A stretch of 64,000 nucleotides of DNA from Octopus vulgaris (lineage: Eukaryota). Numbering within the stretch: the stretch's first letter is position 1; each line of letters starts with the position of its first letter. The stretch lies in assembly GCA_951406725.2 (NCBI GenBank), contig OX597819.1, positions 16,244,001-16,308,000 on the forward strand, written 5' to 3'. The translations under genes were made by a program, and so were the position numbers. Positions 1 to 12,714 of the stretch are shown here, piece by piece. The notes below the pieces were generated by a model. The model saw nothing but the letters and a program-made list of their open reading frames with translations. It did no database searches and was not told the origin of the DNA.

Positions 1-401
1 ATGTTGATACAACACCTGTTCCAATAATTGGTTTACACAAGATGTAAGAATACCCGGGATTATGGACATTTGTAATACATCAGTTATATATAGTAAGGAC
101 CAATTCTTCAACATTTTCGACAATTTACTCGATTTGATTTGTTGTTTAATCGTTGTAGTTGGATATTTTTCGGACCATCCAAGCAACATTCTTTTATGTT
201 AAACGCTCTCAGCATCATGTTGACCTCGTAGTGCAATCGTTGATGCACTGAAATAACACCAAACTATTTCCGTTGCTCTCACTCTCCTCGCAAAAATCAG
301 GTTCTTCTTTAAGCTTAAGAATAATTTGAGTTTGGTTTTTAATTGCCACGTCTTAGACAGTTTTTCAAATTCCTTTGCTGAGATGTTTCTATCAGTAGGC
401 A

Positions 402-458
<57 letters not shown>

Positions 459-634
459 GAGTGAGAGAGCAGTTCATGCCATCAAAGTGACACTGAGGTA
501 AAATATACGAAGCCCAATATACCCATCATGACTACCCGTCTGATAAGGGTACACTAGGCACATGCATCACAACCATATGTGCGCGACATGGTGATCTCAT
601 ATCAAGATAAATAGCACATGACCTTGCAGGTGGG

Positions 635-635
<1 letters not shown>
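459..635 (-). mobile_element. 5'-truncated copy of the (AAT)n-associated retroposon
   Basis: Matches 29086-29262 and is embedded in (ATT)n. Confidence 0.75.
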
Positions 636-666
<31 letters not shown>

Positions 667-685
667 CATTATTATTATTATTTTG

Positions 686-975
686 GTTTGTCTCAGGTTC
701 GGTCTTATTCCTAGTGGGGATTCTGTGGGTAGCGGGTTACTACCTGTGATTTTAGATATTCACAAGTTTACAGCAGCCTTTCAAGTGCTTAGAACCCTCC
801 CCATAATCCTTGCTGTCCCTAAAAGACAAACATTCTGTAGAAGCTCTACTGGGCATTCTATTTCAATCACCCTCAGCCACTGGTCTAGATCTTGGCTTAT
901 TGTTCCCAACGCACCAATAATTATAGGCACGACCTTTACTGTTCACATGCTCCAAATTCTTCCTATTTCAAATGT
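686..975 (-). mobile_element. Second R4/Dong-like 3' end fragment (different subfamily)
   Basis: VKVVPIIIGALGTISQDLDQWL…LLQNVCLLGTARIMGRVLST*, then a 3'UTR and (AAT)n. Confidence 0.75.
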
Positions 976-1001
976 ATTCTCTATTATCATCATCATCATC
1001 A

Positions 1002-1044
<43 letters not shown>

Positions 1045-1050
1045 CATTAT

Positions 1051-1665
1051 TGCCTGTACACAGCTTCTAACGCTGGAGATGTACTACGGTGTCAGCTGTT
1101 CACTACCAGTGAACTATGGTAACACCTCTTACTTTTCGAACACCTCCCGGAGTATTCGAGAGGTTCCAAGCAGTGCGATTTTCTGCTCGACCCTTATTGC
1201 CGGCCCTATTTGTTCCATGTACTTCTCGAGATTTTTACTCACTGTTCCCAAGGCTCCGACAATTATTGGTACCACTACCACCTTTTCCATCGACCACAAC
1301 TACTTTACCTCCCAAGCTAACCTGTCGTATCTATCGACTTTTCTTTCTCCTTGTCGTATACCTTGTTGTCAGCTGGGCATGCTAGATCTATGATCCAGCA
1401 AAGTTTGCTTTCTTTCTCAATTAAAACTATGTCTGGCTTCCTATTCTCTATCTCATGTTTGCACTGAATCATAGGATATGTGCATTATCATTTTCAATGA
1501 TGCCTTCGGGTTTGTGATCGTACCAATTTTTTGCTCTGTCAAGTCCATACTTGTTGCAAAGTGTCCAATGGACAATCCTTGTCGTGGCGTCTCTTATATT
1601 CCTTCTGGGCTAGTGGTGTACATTGGTTGGTGATATACCATACGGTTTTACCCTTGTGTCCACAG
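1051..1665 (-). mobile_element. R4/Dong-clade non-LTR retrotransposon 3' end (zinc knuckle + restriction-like endonuclease), 5'-truncated and decayed
   Basis: Minus-strand translation with frameshifts: ICGHKGKTVWYITNQCTPLAQKEYKRRHDK…NWYDHKPEGIIEN…RKPDIVLIEKESKLCWIIDLACPAD…VVVVPIIVGALGTVSKNLEK…ALLGTSRILREVFEK*. Followed by an (AAT)n tail. Confidence 0.85.
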
Positions 1666-1683
1666 ATTCTTCTTCTTCTTCTT

Positions 1684-1714
<31 letters not shown>

Positions 1715-1949
1715 GTATTATTACCTACAGACGAGAAATGCATCAAATATTTCCTTTCATAAAACAAAGATGTCAATGGTTAACGAAAGTGCGCAAAAAT
1801 GTAACCAAAATGTAAAAAAGCGAAAATTTTAATAACTTGAAAATTCAGATGTTCAGTGATAGAGATGTCTAAAACTACACAAAGTTAACAAAATGTTCAC
1901 CGTTAACAAATATTATGTCAAGAATTAGTTTAATATACTTACAGAACAA

Positions 1950-2552
1950 GATGGCGAGCTGGCAGAAACGTTAGCGCGTCGGGCAAAACGCTAAGCGGAA
2001 TTTCGTCTGCCGCTACGTTCTGAGTTCAAATTCCGCCGAGGTCGACTTTGTCTTTCATCCTTTCGGGGTCGATTAAATAAGTACCAGTTACGCACTGGGT
2101 CGATATAATCGACTTAATCCGTTTGTCTGTCCTTGTTTGTCCTCTCTGTGTTTAGCCCCTTGTGGGTAGTAAAGAATAGGTATTTCGTCTGTCTTTATGT
2201 TCTGAGTTCAAATTTCGCCGAGGTCGACTTTGCCTTTCATCCTTTCGGGGTCGATGAATCAAGTACCAGTTGCGTACTGGGGTCCATCTAATCGACTGTC
2301 CCCTCCCGCCAAATTTCGGGCCGAGTGCCTAAAGTAGAGTTTTGTTAGGGCCTTGTGCCTAGAGTAGAAAAGAATTTTGCTTCTATTTTTTCTATCCTAT
2401 TTTACGTTCTGAGTTCAAATTCCGCCGAGGTCGACTTCCCCTTTCATTCTTTCGGGGTCGATAAATTAATTACCAATTTCGTACTGGGATCGATCTAATC
2501 GACTGTCCCCTCCCTTCAAATTTCGGGCCTTGTGCCTAGAGTAGAAAAGAAT
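1950..2552 (+). mobile_element. tRNA-derived SINE family A (Meta-domain-like core) with two tandem body duplications
   Basis: A box TGGCAGAAACG, B box GAGTTCAAATTCC, core GTCGACTTTGCCTTTCATCCTTTCGGGGTCGATAAA…AGTACCAG present three times. Other copies: ~3768-3970, 10061-10292, 23715-23875, 31725-31955, 57001-57150 (+); 32450-33020, 47095-47340, 59020-59150 (-). Confidence 0.85.
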
Positions 2553-2984
2553 ATACCTACAGAATGTGTCTACTCTAAATAATTTGTCAATGTTCTTAAG
2601 AGAAGTGGTTGTTTACCACTCAGGAATGGCGCATTCTTTAACCACCACTAATGTATTAATCCAACAGTTAAATCCAAACAGTTTCTTGCTCAACGTCAGG
2701 GTTATTTGATATTGCAATGGTGATTATTAATAAAACTTGTTATTTTCGTTGGTTATCTTTCATAAGCATGCTTCCGTCCTTAGTCAGGCGTTAGAAGTCG
2801 AAATCAGGTTTACTGTATGCAACCTGATATATATATATATATATATGTGTGTGTACATACTTACATACATGCTCACATACACACACGTATATTTATATAT
2901 GTATATTCATGTGTGTGTGTATACACACACACATATATATATATACATACACATAAAATATATATATATATATACACACACACA

Positions 2985-3241
2985 TGGAGGCGCAATGGCC
3001 CAGTAGTTCGGGCAGCGGACTCGCGGTCGTAGGATCGAGGTTTCGATTCCCAAACCGGGCGTTGTGAGTGTTTATTGAGCGAAAACACCTACAAGCTCCA
3101 CGATGCTCCGGCAGGGAATGATGGTGATCCATCCTGTACTCTTTCACCACTCTTTCTCTCACTCTTTCGTCTGTTGGCCTGCTCGCTTAGCCAGCGGGGT
3201 GGCGTCATTCAAAGGCTAAAACAATGCGAACGCATTGTGAT
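2985..3241 (+). mobile_element. SINE family B head with an alternative 3' tail
   Basis: Same tRNA head, but the tail is …GCCAGCGGGGTGGCGTCATTCAAAGGCTAAAACAATGCG. A related tail occurs at ~60400-60625 (-); other variants at 22945-23270 and 16920-17220. Confidence 0.75.
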
Positions 3242-3265
3242 CTTGTGATATACATACACATATAT

Positions 3266-3354
<89 letters not shown>

Positions 3355-4072
3355 TGTGTGTGTGTGTTATACTTCATACATACATACATACATATATATC
3401 TGGCGGCTTCTAAGCTAGTATATAGCTTTGAAGCAACTGACCCTGAATGGGAAGATCTGCAAACAGATCTATGACTTGTCTTGAAGAATTTGCTGCAATT
3501 GTTTCCTGCAGAGTTATATCCCAATGATGATAATATTCGTCGCAAAAAAATCATTTAAAAAAAATCGCCGGAAATACAGTACTGAAAATTCGGGAATCCA
3601 AAATTTCAGGATGATGGGTCCGGATTCGGCCCGGAATGTTTTAAATTTACTTACGGAATCATCCTGATTCGAAAATGCGTAACTGCCTCTCGGAGTAAAG
3701 TTGAAAAGGTGTGACACAATGACATTCACATTTATTATATTATATCATATTATTATCTTTTAGTAGGGCGGCGAGCTGGCAGAATCGTTAGCACGATTTA
3801 AGCTATATTTCGTCTGTCGTTAGATTTAGAGTTCAAATTCCGCCGAGGACGACTTTACTTTTTATCCTTTCGGAGTCGATAAAATTAGCACCAGTTACGT
3901 ACTGGGGTCAATGTAATGGACTTAATCCCTTCCACTAAAATTTTAGACTTTGAGCTTCCAGTAGAAGGATTTATTAAAGTTGAAAATGGGCGACACACTG
4001 TCATTCATATTTATTATATTAGATATGTTTAATTTTGGGGAAAATTTATTTCCGTTGAAGTGTATTTTATAA

Positions 4073-4109
<37 letters not shown>

Positions 4110-4805
4110 GATTACAGAAAGCACAAAATCAAACAAAAACGATAGAGTTCAGTATGTTGGTAACAGGAATTTCTGTCAAAAAGACATGGTTAAACAAAGT
4201 TGTGCATCATCTCCCTCTTTCTCTCACATACCCACTCTTTCTCTCTCTCATATTATTACTCCCACTGCCACCATCAACACTACTACTTTTAATAAAACAT
4301 CATCAACTCCCCCTAGTGTCTTTGTCTCTCTCTTTCTCTCTCTCTCTCTGTTTTCGCCACCGCCCTCCACGTCTCTATACCTGCTATTACTCTCACCCCA
4401 TCATGAGGAATAGTAGTGGTGTTATTGAATTTTGTGAAAGGGCGTCTAAGAGTTACACACCGACACACGGAAATTAATTTTCGCAATTATTATATTATAT
4501 ATATGCTCTTAATTCTTTCCTCCACATTGCACCTCTTTATTTACTGTTATACTTTACTATTTCGTTTAAGATCTGAGAAACCAACAACAGGATAATCCGA
4601 ATGACGCTTTATCAGACTTTGGTGAGTTGCTCTGTTACTTTTCCTCTCTTTTCTGTTACACACGCTTCACCATGTTTCCTTGGCGCGCATATATCTAAAT
4701 ACAAACGCATACGTACACTTAACCGTGTGTATATGTACTTATGCATTCACACACACACACACACGTGTGTGTGTGTCTATACTGTGGACATCAAAATGGT
4801 GATGA

Positions 4806-4837
<32 letters not shown>

Positions 4838-4954
4838 TCATACACATACAAAAACATCCATCGATTCATCCATTCCACCCAGTTTATACCTACACACACA
4901 CACGAGAACGTGGAAACAAATATAGTATTATTGGACGCTCAGGAAAGAAGGAGA

Positions 4955-4989
4955 GTTTAACGTTTCGAGCGGAGCTCTTCGTCGGAAAC
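4955..4989 (-). ncRNA. Minimal type I hammerhead ribozyme-like motif (Penelope pLTR type)
   Basis: Minus strand GUUU-CCGACGA-A-GAGC(UCC)GCUC-GAAA-CG-UUA-AAC. Stem I GUU/AAC, stem II perfect, palindromic AACGUU at stem III; core has U4→C. Confidence 0.6.
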
Positions 4990-5434
4990 ATAGGAGAAGG
5001 AAAGATCCAGAGAAGGGAAGACAGAGGAAAAAAAATCGCCAACGGTACACACGAGGTCACATTTTGAAAGCAACGTATATATATGTATGTATATACATAC
5101 ATACATACATACATACATAAGGATAAGCATATGAAAAGGGGGTCCGTGGGAAAACTCATTTAAATATAGGGGAGTGAAAAGGTTGGGGACCACTGTGTTA
5201 TATGCATACGTACACTCTGTATGTGCGTATACATGAGATGTAAGGGCAGAACATGTCCTCCGATCACGAGGTACGTTCTTCGACCCGTCAACACTTTCAT
5301 CCAGTAAATTTCGCTCTTGACTCAATATTGAATTCTTTCACCAACAAACGGTTGTTGTTGTTCTTCACTCAACAACCCTAAAACTAAAACGAATATACAA
5401 ATCATATATGTGTATGCATATGTGTGGCACATGT

Positions 5435-5620
5435 GCGGGTGGCACGTAAAAAGCACCCACTACACTCTCGGAGTGGTTGGCGTTAGGAAGGACATCCAGC
5501 CGTAGAAACACTGCCAGATCAGACTGGGCCTGAAGCAGCCTTCTGGCTTCACAGACCTCAGTTGAACCGTCCAACCCATGCTAGCATGGAAAGCGGACGT
5601 TAAATGATGATGATGATGAT
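5435..5620 (+). mobile_element. Retroposon 3' tail ending in (TGA)n (RTE-type tail)
   Basis: …CCAACCCATGCTAGCATGGAAAGCGGACGTTAAA(TGA)n. Assignment from general resemblance only. Confidence 0.5.
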
Positions 5621-5625
5621 ATATA

Positions 5626-5666
<41 letters not shown>

Positions 5667-6132
5667 CACACACACGCATGTATATGTATGTATGAAAAAG
5701 CATACCCATACGTATTCAGAAATAGATAGATGTATGTATACATATGTGTATATCTATACATAGTATATATTTGTGCGTGTGTGTGCGTGTAAAAATATAT
5801 GTTGATACGCACAAGCGTACTTATATTTAGAGATATGTACATCAACGTATATCTATGTGTGTGTGATACATACATGTACGTGTATATATATATACATACA
5901 TACATATACGCACACATATTTATATATATATAAATATGTGTGTGTTTTTTTTTGGGGGGGTATTTATACACACACAAACACATGCACACACATATACACA
6001 CTCGTACACTCACATACATATATAAGGTTGTGTATTTTTGTTTCTTTTCTATGATCTGAAAAACAAACAGGATAAAAATCTGGTGATTTCATTTCGAGCC
6101 TTTGAATATATTGTATGTGTGTGTATAAATGC

Positions 6133-6224
<92 letters not shown>

Positions 6225-6441
6225 GTCTGTCTGTGTGCGTATGTATGCACGTATGTATATATGTATGTATGTAGATGTGTGTTTGTGTGTCTCTCTGTAC
6301 GCACACGCATATATATGCGTTTGTTTGGCAAGTCCAACTCTTTTGAGTCAAATTCAAACCGGAAGGAAGTGTTTTTTGTAAAAACTGTCCGTTTTTTGGT
6401 TTTTCTCTCCAGCTTTTTACATCTTTCTCCTTTTCTTTCTG

Positions 6442-6473
<32 letters not shown>

Positions 6474-6619
6474 TAAACTTCCTCCTTTCTCTCCATGTTC
6501 TTTCCTTCCTTTCGTTTTTCTCTTGTTTATTTCGGTCTCTTCTTTCATTTCTTTTTCCCAGTTCTTTGATTTTTAAACATTTATTCCCTTTCTCCGCTCC
6601 TCCTCCTACTCCTCTTCCT

Positions 6620-6673
<54 letters not shown>

Positions 6674-6797
6674 GCTAGCGAGCTCACTTTTGTCTTCATT
6701 CTGTCTCTTTTATTCATTTTGCTTCTCCGCCATAAACAATCATGTTGCGCGCATATGTATTCATGAGTAAGCATGTACGTATGTATGAGAGTGTATA

Positions 6798-6856
<59 letters not shown>

Positions 6857-7267
6857 ATATTGGAAGAAGGGAGTACCCGGTTCACCAGTAAAACTAGATA
6901 GAAACTTTTGAAGATTTTTAACCCGGCCTCCATTACATACACCTCCTCACCGCCGATCAAAGCTTGTATTCTCCGTTAAATCAATTGCCAAGTTAGTTTA
7001 GTATATATCGGCATAGGAATGGCAGTTTGATTAAGAATTTTACTTCACAAGCCCGTGGTTCCGGTTTCAATTTCTCTGTGCAGCACACATCTTAAGTAAT
7101 TGCCTTCCACCATGTTCTGTGAGTGGGACTTGAAGGAGAAGAATTTGCTTGATCATCGTGCGGTAGTCCATTGTGTGTATGTGTGTGTGTGTGTGTCTAC
7201 CTACCAATCTGTCTGTCTGTCTGTAGGTCTGTCTATCTATCTATCTGTCTATTTGCCTGTCTGTCTA

Positions 7268-7362
<95 letters not shown>

Positions 7363-7386
7363 TGTCTGGCTATCTATCTATCTATA

Positions 7387-7542
<156 letters not shown>

Positions 7543-7708
7543 CTGTCTGTCTATCTTGCTATATACATATTCATATACTTTCATACATACATATTTATAT
7601 ATATCTTTTATTTAAATCATGCAAATGACCTAATCTTATATTTTTAACTCTTCTTGTATATGTTTAAGTCTCATGTATATACTTCTATCAAGTCTTATAT
7701 ATACAACT

Positions 7709-7753
7709 GCTGTACTGATAACACCCATTGAGGCAGAAACACTTGTCTATAGC
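7709..7753 (+). ncRNA. Degenerate type I hammerhead-like motif
   Basis: GCUGUA-CUGAUAA-cacc…ggca-GAAACA-CU-UGUC-UAUAGC. Stem I 6 bp and GUC triplet, but G8→A and stem II decayed. Confidence 0.45.
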
Positions 7754-7945
7754 TGTCTTCTTGTTTCCCGCATAAAACAACAACAACCACAAAACAGTTG
7801 ACTTACATTGAATGACACTGACATTTCAAAGATTCCTCTATACCCCTTCTCATTTGGAATCGATTACAATTGCTTGCGGGCGTGTGTCTACTGTCTCTCG
7901 GAGAGAAGATTATGTCAACAAATTAAGAAATAGTCTTATATGATA

Positions 7946-8341
7946 TCTTTATATATAAAAGTAAGGTTGTGTGTCTGTCTCCTACGATTTAGATTCCTAA
8001 CTACTCCCACATTTTGCGGTGCAGTTTAACCAAAACCAGGTATCTTATAGTCATGATTCATATTGAGCCCTTCTGGGTATTAGCGCGCGTCTACGATGAG
8101 TCTACGATTTTGAAAATAATTTACCATCATTTTTTTCCATTTTAATGCGTTTTTTCGCTATTATATAAGGGAAGTAACTCTCTAAAAATGTCTACGATGA
8201 GTCAACGATTTAAAAAAAAATTTACCATCATTTTTTCCCGTTTTTAATGCATTTTTTGCTATTTTTTGGCTATAACTCTCTAAAAATGATTATATAGTTA
8301 TTTCCCTTGCAAACCCGAGCAACGCCGAGCGATACTGCTAG
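7946..8341 (+). mobile_element. Non-autonomous Helitron
   Basis: A|TC 5' end, subterminal GC-rich hairpin-like CCCGAGCAACGCCGAG, CTAG|T 3' end, no TSD. Related copies at 34778-35174 and ~49440-49955. Confidence 0.8.
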
Positions 8342-8395
8342 TTTAATATATATTTATTCTCCACAGCTCGTTTTCATTTATTTCTCTTCGCTTGA

Positions 8396-8459
<64 letters not shown>

Positions 8460-8462
<3 letters not shown>

Positions 8463-8850
8463 AGACCAATCACTTCTTTCGAACGAATATTTGTTCTACT
8501 CCGAGATGCGCAGACAAACGCCAATGTCAATGCTTGTTTGCGCACTTCCTCTTTTCCAAAGTGCCTGAGCTCAAATCTTCCAGCATGTTATTTCTGTCCT
8601 CACTCTTCGATTTACGACATGCTGACCAGACTGGAGCATTGTTCGATCTTCTCTTTTAATACAATTTCTGATGCTTCGTCTCATCTACGAATATTTTTGC
8701 TTTGCTCTGCTTGAAGACATTTGAGATATTGTTTATATGCACTACGAAGAGAAGTGGGCCCAACTCAGTGCTGTCGGGGACACGACCAGTGGTGTCTGCT
8801 GAGCATGAGTGGGTTCCACCGATCACAAGAAAGGTTTTGCTCACACATAT
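8460..8850 (-). mobile_element. CR1/L2-clade LINE RT fragment
   Basis: GRVPDSTELGPLLFVVHINNISNVFKQSKAKIFVDETK is similar to GVPQGSVLGPLLFLIYINDL…FADDTK. Confidence 0.8.
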
Positions 8851-8965
8851 GAGAACTAATGGTGATATAATGATGGAATATTTTGGAGATTCGGTTTACT
8901 GGGCCCTTATTATGTATGTGTGTGTGTCTTTGGGTGGATCTATCTATCTTTTTATCTATCTATGC

Positions 8966-9105
<140 letters not shown>

Positions 9106-9123
9106 GTCTGTCTGTCTGTCTGC

Positions 9124-9155
<32 letters not shown>

Positions 9156-9585
9156 GTATTTATCTGTCCACCTACGTACGTACGTACGTACCTACCTACC
9201 TACCTACCTACCTACATAACATGATAAACTTCACAAGACATATCTCTTTCAAGTTCATCGGTTCTTTATTGTTTTAACTAGTTTGAGAGTTTCAGAAACA
9301 CGAAGACTGCTTTGAGTTTAAACCACCAAAGAATCTATTTCGGGAATTCAAGTCCAGAACATTAATTCAAAAATACTTCACTGGGAAGTAATTCCATTGG
9401 TTGAAAGACTTTATTTCTTGATATAAATATATAATTATATTTGTTTTGTCTTTTATATATAACATTGGAAATAAATCAACTACTAATCCGTAAGGGGAGC
9501 AGCTGGGATTTATGAAACGGATATTAGCTGACTAGTTGTAAATTAATCTTCTTGTGGCACTAATCCTCTTAAAGATGACATGTTG

Positions 9586-9647
<62 letters not shown>

Positions 9648-11284
9648 GTGTGTGTATACATACGTATGTGTGTATTCTGCAGATATCCATTCAAAGCCAG
9701 TGGTCAACTCACTGCAATACCATTCCACACCCTGAGCCTCTCCACTCTGCTGTGTTTTATTCTATTGCCATGGCAATTGTTGCTATAGCTCCTATTATGT
9801 TGCATCACTGAATGAGCTTGTCCTTGTCATTGTTGAACACCATATCAACTCTATGTTAATAAAATTATGGCCGAAGGCATTTCACATGTGACCACCTATC
9901 CTTCAGTCATTACATCTCAAAGAATATATTATCTAACGTGTCCTTCTATTTTGACGACAGTAATGTGTAATTTGTGTATGATTCGGCAAATATTTCTTGA
10001 AAAGTTGGGTGACTACGTAGAAAGCTCTACGTTATCTCATCTCGTTTCTGTTGCAATTGTGGTGAGCTGGCAGAATCGTTAGCACGTCGGGCGAAATGCG
10101 TAACCGTATTTCGTCTGCCGTTACCTTCTGGGTTCAAATTCCGCCGAGGTCGACTTTGCCTTTCATCCTTTCGGGGCCGATAAATTAAGTACCAGTTACG
10201 AACTGGGGTCGATATAATCGACTTAATCCGTTTGTTGTCTGTCCTTGTTTGTCCTCTCTGTATTTAGCCCCTTGTGGGTAGTAAAGAAATATGAAATTGT
10301 TGTTTTCGTTACCTTTGATAACTGAGGCTTTGCTCTTGCAGAAGCTTTGATGGATCGAATTGATAATTTACAGAAGGATTAGGCGTAACTTCTAGAAATG
10401 TTGTGCTTAATTCTACAGTAGCACCAAAATCTTCCTTAAATCACATACTGCCGCCTTAAAAACAAGGAATGACGCATTGGTTTATTTGGTCTTAGATATA
10501 ACTTGGATAGTCACAACTAGAATAATTTTCTGCAATATCAGTTTAGCTGGGACGAAAATACATCACCAACGACGACAGCAATCCCGTTAATCATCGTTGA
10601 ATATCGATAATTTCGGCAGACCTTATTTATCGATCATCTTCGATACTAACATCCTTTACTCCAATAGTCACAACATAGCAGAAACTAGAAAAGGTATCCG
10701 AGGATCAGGGGTTGATCTAAATTGGACAACGAATTAAATGTGCCAGACAAGAACATGAATGGCTTCTACACAATTTCCACTTACCAAATTTCACTTGCAA
10801 GGCTTTGGTATACCAAGAAAAACGGTAGAATATTCTTTGTTAAGGTTCTGTGCAGTTCGCATTCGGAACCATGAAAATGAAAAGTAGATTACTCAATCAC
10901 AGAGCCGTGCCTGTGGACACAGCCTTGAAATGATAACGTTGCATTAGACTGGCTGTATGTAGGCGATAAGAAATACAAAGGGCTTAAACATCATAACAGC
11001 ATTGATAAAGATCGAAATCTACCGAATGTATTTTGATCGGTTTGTTTAGGGGAAGAGGTTGTTTCCATTGTTCCCACTACAGGTTCTGCATGACTAATAA
11101 GATTGAGCCCTAAATATTATGCGTCGACGGCTGAAGTATGAATTCTAAAGAGCAGAAGGGAGAACGAAGTGTTATGGTTAGTTAGGGACCAGGATATTGG
11201 AGGACACAATATTGGTGAACATTTGGAGGTAAGAGTGTGTTGAAAGTGCTCGTGTAGAGGTAGTTCATCACTAATCACTAATGT

Positions 11285-11892
11285 TTATCTCCATCCTGCT
11301 CTTACCCTTCACGAGATCTCATTCTCCATCTCTCGTCTCATGGTCACTTCTTGAACGAGATATTCATAGCTGCTCACCTCTCCTATTTCATCGTCTCCGA
11401 CTGTTAGGCGTCCGATGAGTACACCCTCAGACCGTATGTGCTTGGTTTTTGCACGGCTGATCTTCAGGCCGACCGCCGAAACCCTGAAATCCAGTTTATC
11501 TAACGTGGACTGCAGCTGGTCGGTGCCCTCCGCTAGCAGCGCTATCTCATTAGCGAATCTTAGATGAGTGATCAGCTCTCCGTTTATCCTTATGCCTCCG
11601 TTCCAGTTCATGTCTCGCATGACCATTTCGAGACACGCCGTGAAAAGCTTAGGAGAGATGGTGTCTCCTTGCTTGACACCCTTTTCCACCACAACATTCA
11701 CTGGTGATAATAACAGGGTCATATTCGTTGTGCACCCGGTATTCGCCTCCCTAATCTAGGTGACGTATTGTGTCGTCACACCTTGTTTCTTGAAAGTTTG
11801 CAGTACTGCGTTGATTTCGAAGCTGTTGAAGGCTTTCTCATAATCATTGAACGCAACGCACAGAGGCACCCGTTACTCTCTCGCTCACTCCG
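11285..11892 (-). mobile_element. RTE-clade LINE reverse transcriptase, core part (decayed)
   Basis: VPLCVAFNDYEKAFNS…KGVKQGDTISPKLFTACLE…GIRINGELITHLRFANEIALLAE…YEYL…EIS*RVRAGWR. Confidence 0.9.
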
Positions 11893-12600
11893 CAGTTCTG
11901 AAGGAGACAGGAAAGATCTCGGAGCAGAAAAAGAAGCTGAGGGAAAAGCGGAGAAATAGAGAACACCTGGTAGAATATTCTGTTCTTTGCAAGACTATAA
12001 GGCGATGTCTTGAGAATGACTTCGAGAGGTAGAGAAAAAAGATGCTCCCGAAGACCGCGCAAGAAGGGAAGAGCCTTCAGAAATACGAAAAGGGAGATGG
12101 TACTTCATAGAACGGAAGTAACGACGCTGAAGAACCAGGATGGCAATGCAGTAAACGATAGAAGAGATGTTGAAAAAGTCTGCAAAACCTTCTACACAAA
12201 CTTCTGTCAATCGAGAGCAGTGGTGGGGCTCCCGTCGCTGGAAAGTGAAGGAGAGAAAGTACCATCTATTCTAATCAGTGAAGTCGAGAGAGCCCTCAAA
12301 CTGCTGAACAAAGAAAAAGTACCAGGCAAGTACGATGTAACATCTGAAGTGCTTCAGACCGCTACCTAGAGGAACGGTGAATAACTTCCCAATGGAAGGA
12401 GTCAAATACGATCTTGCAGTACAAGAAGGGCGATAAGGAAGATCTTGAGAACTATCGTCCCATCCGCCCCCTGTCTCATATTTGCAAACTGTTCACGAAG
12501 ATAATCGCTGAACGGTTATCTCATCAATTGGATGAGCAACAACCAAGAGGACAGACAAGGTTCAGAAAGAAGCACAGCACCATAGATGATATATTATTAA
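11893..12600 (+). mobile_element. RTE-clade LINE upstream part, inverted relative to the RT core
   Basis: …VPSILISEVERALKLLNKEKVPGKYDVTSEVL…[58 protein letters not shown]. Confidence 0.9.
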
Positions 12601-12636
12601 CTCTCTTTCCCACTCCCCCCACCCTCTCTCTCTCTC

Positions 12637-12673
<37 letters not shown>

Positions 12674-12674
12674 A

Positions 12675-12714
<40 letters not shown>

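Noticed and set aside
683-1393. 236-aa + strand ORF
   Set aside because: Antisense reading of R4-like fragments plus ATT repeats.
2985-3060. tRNA gene
   Set aside because: The tRNA-like head continues into a SINE body; multicopy, with TSDs in sibling copies.
4545-4625. CUGAUAA…GAAA hammerhead-like boxes on the minus strand
   Set aside because: Stems I and II do not pair.
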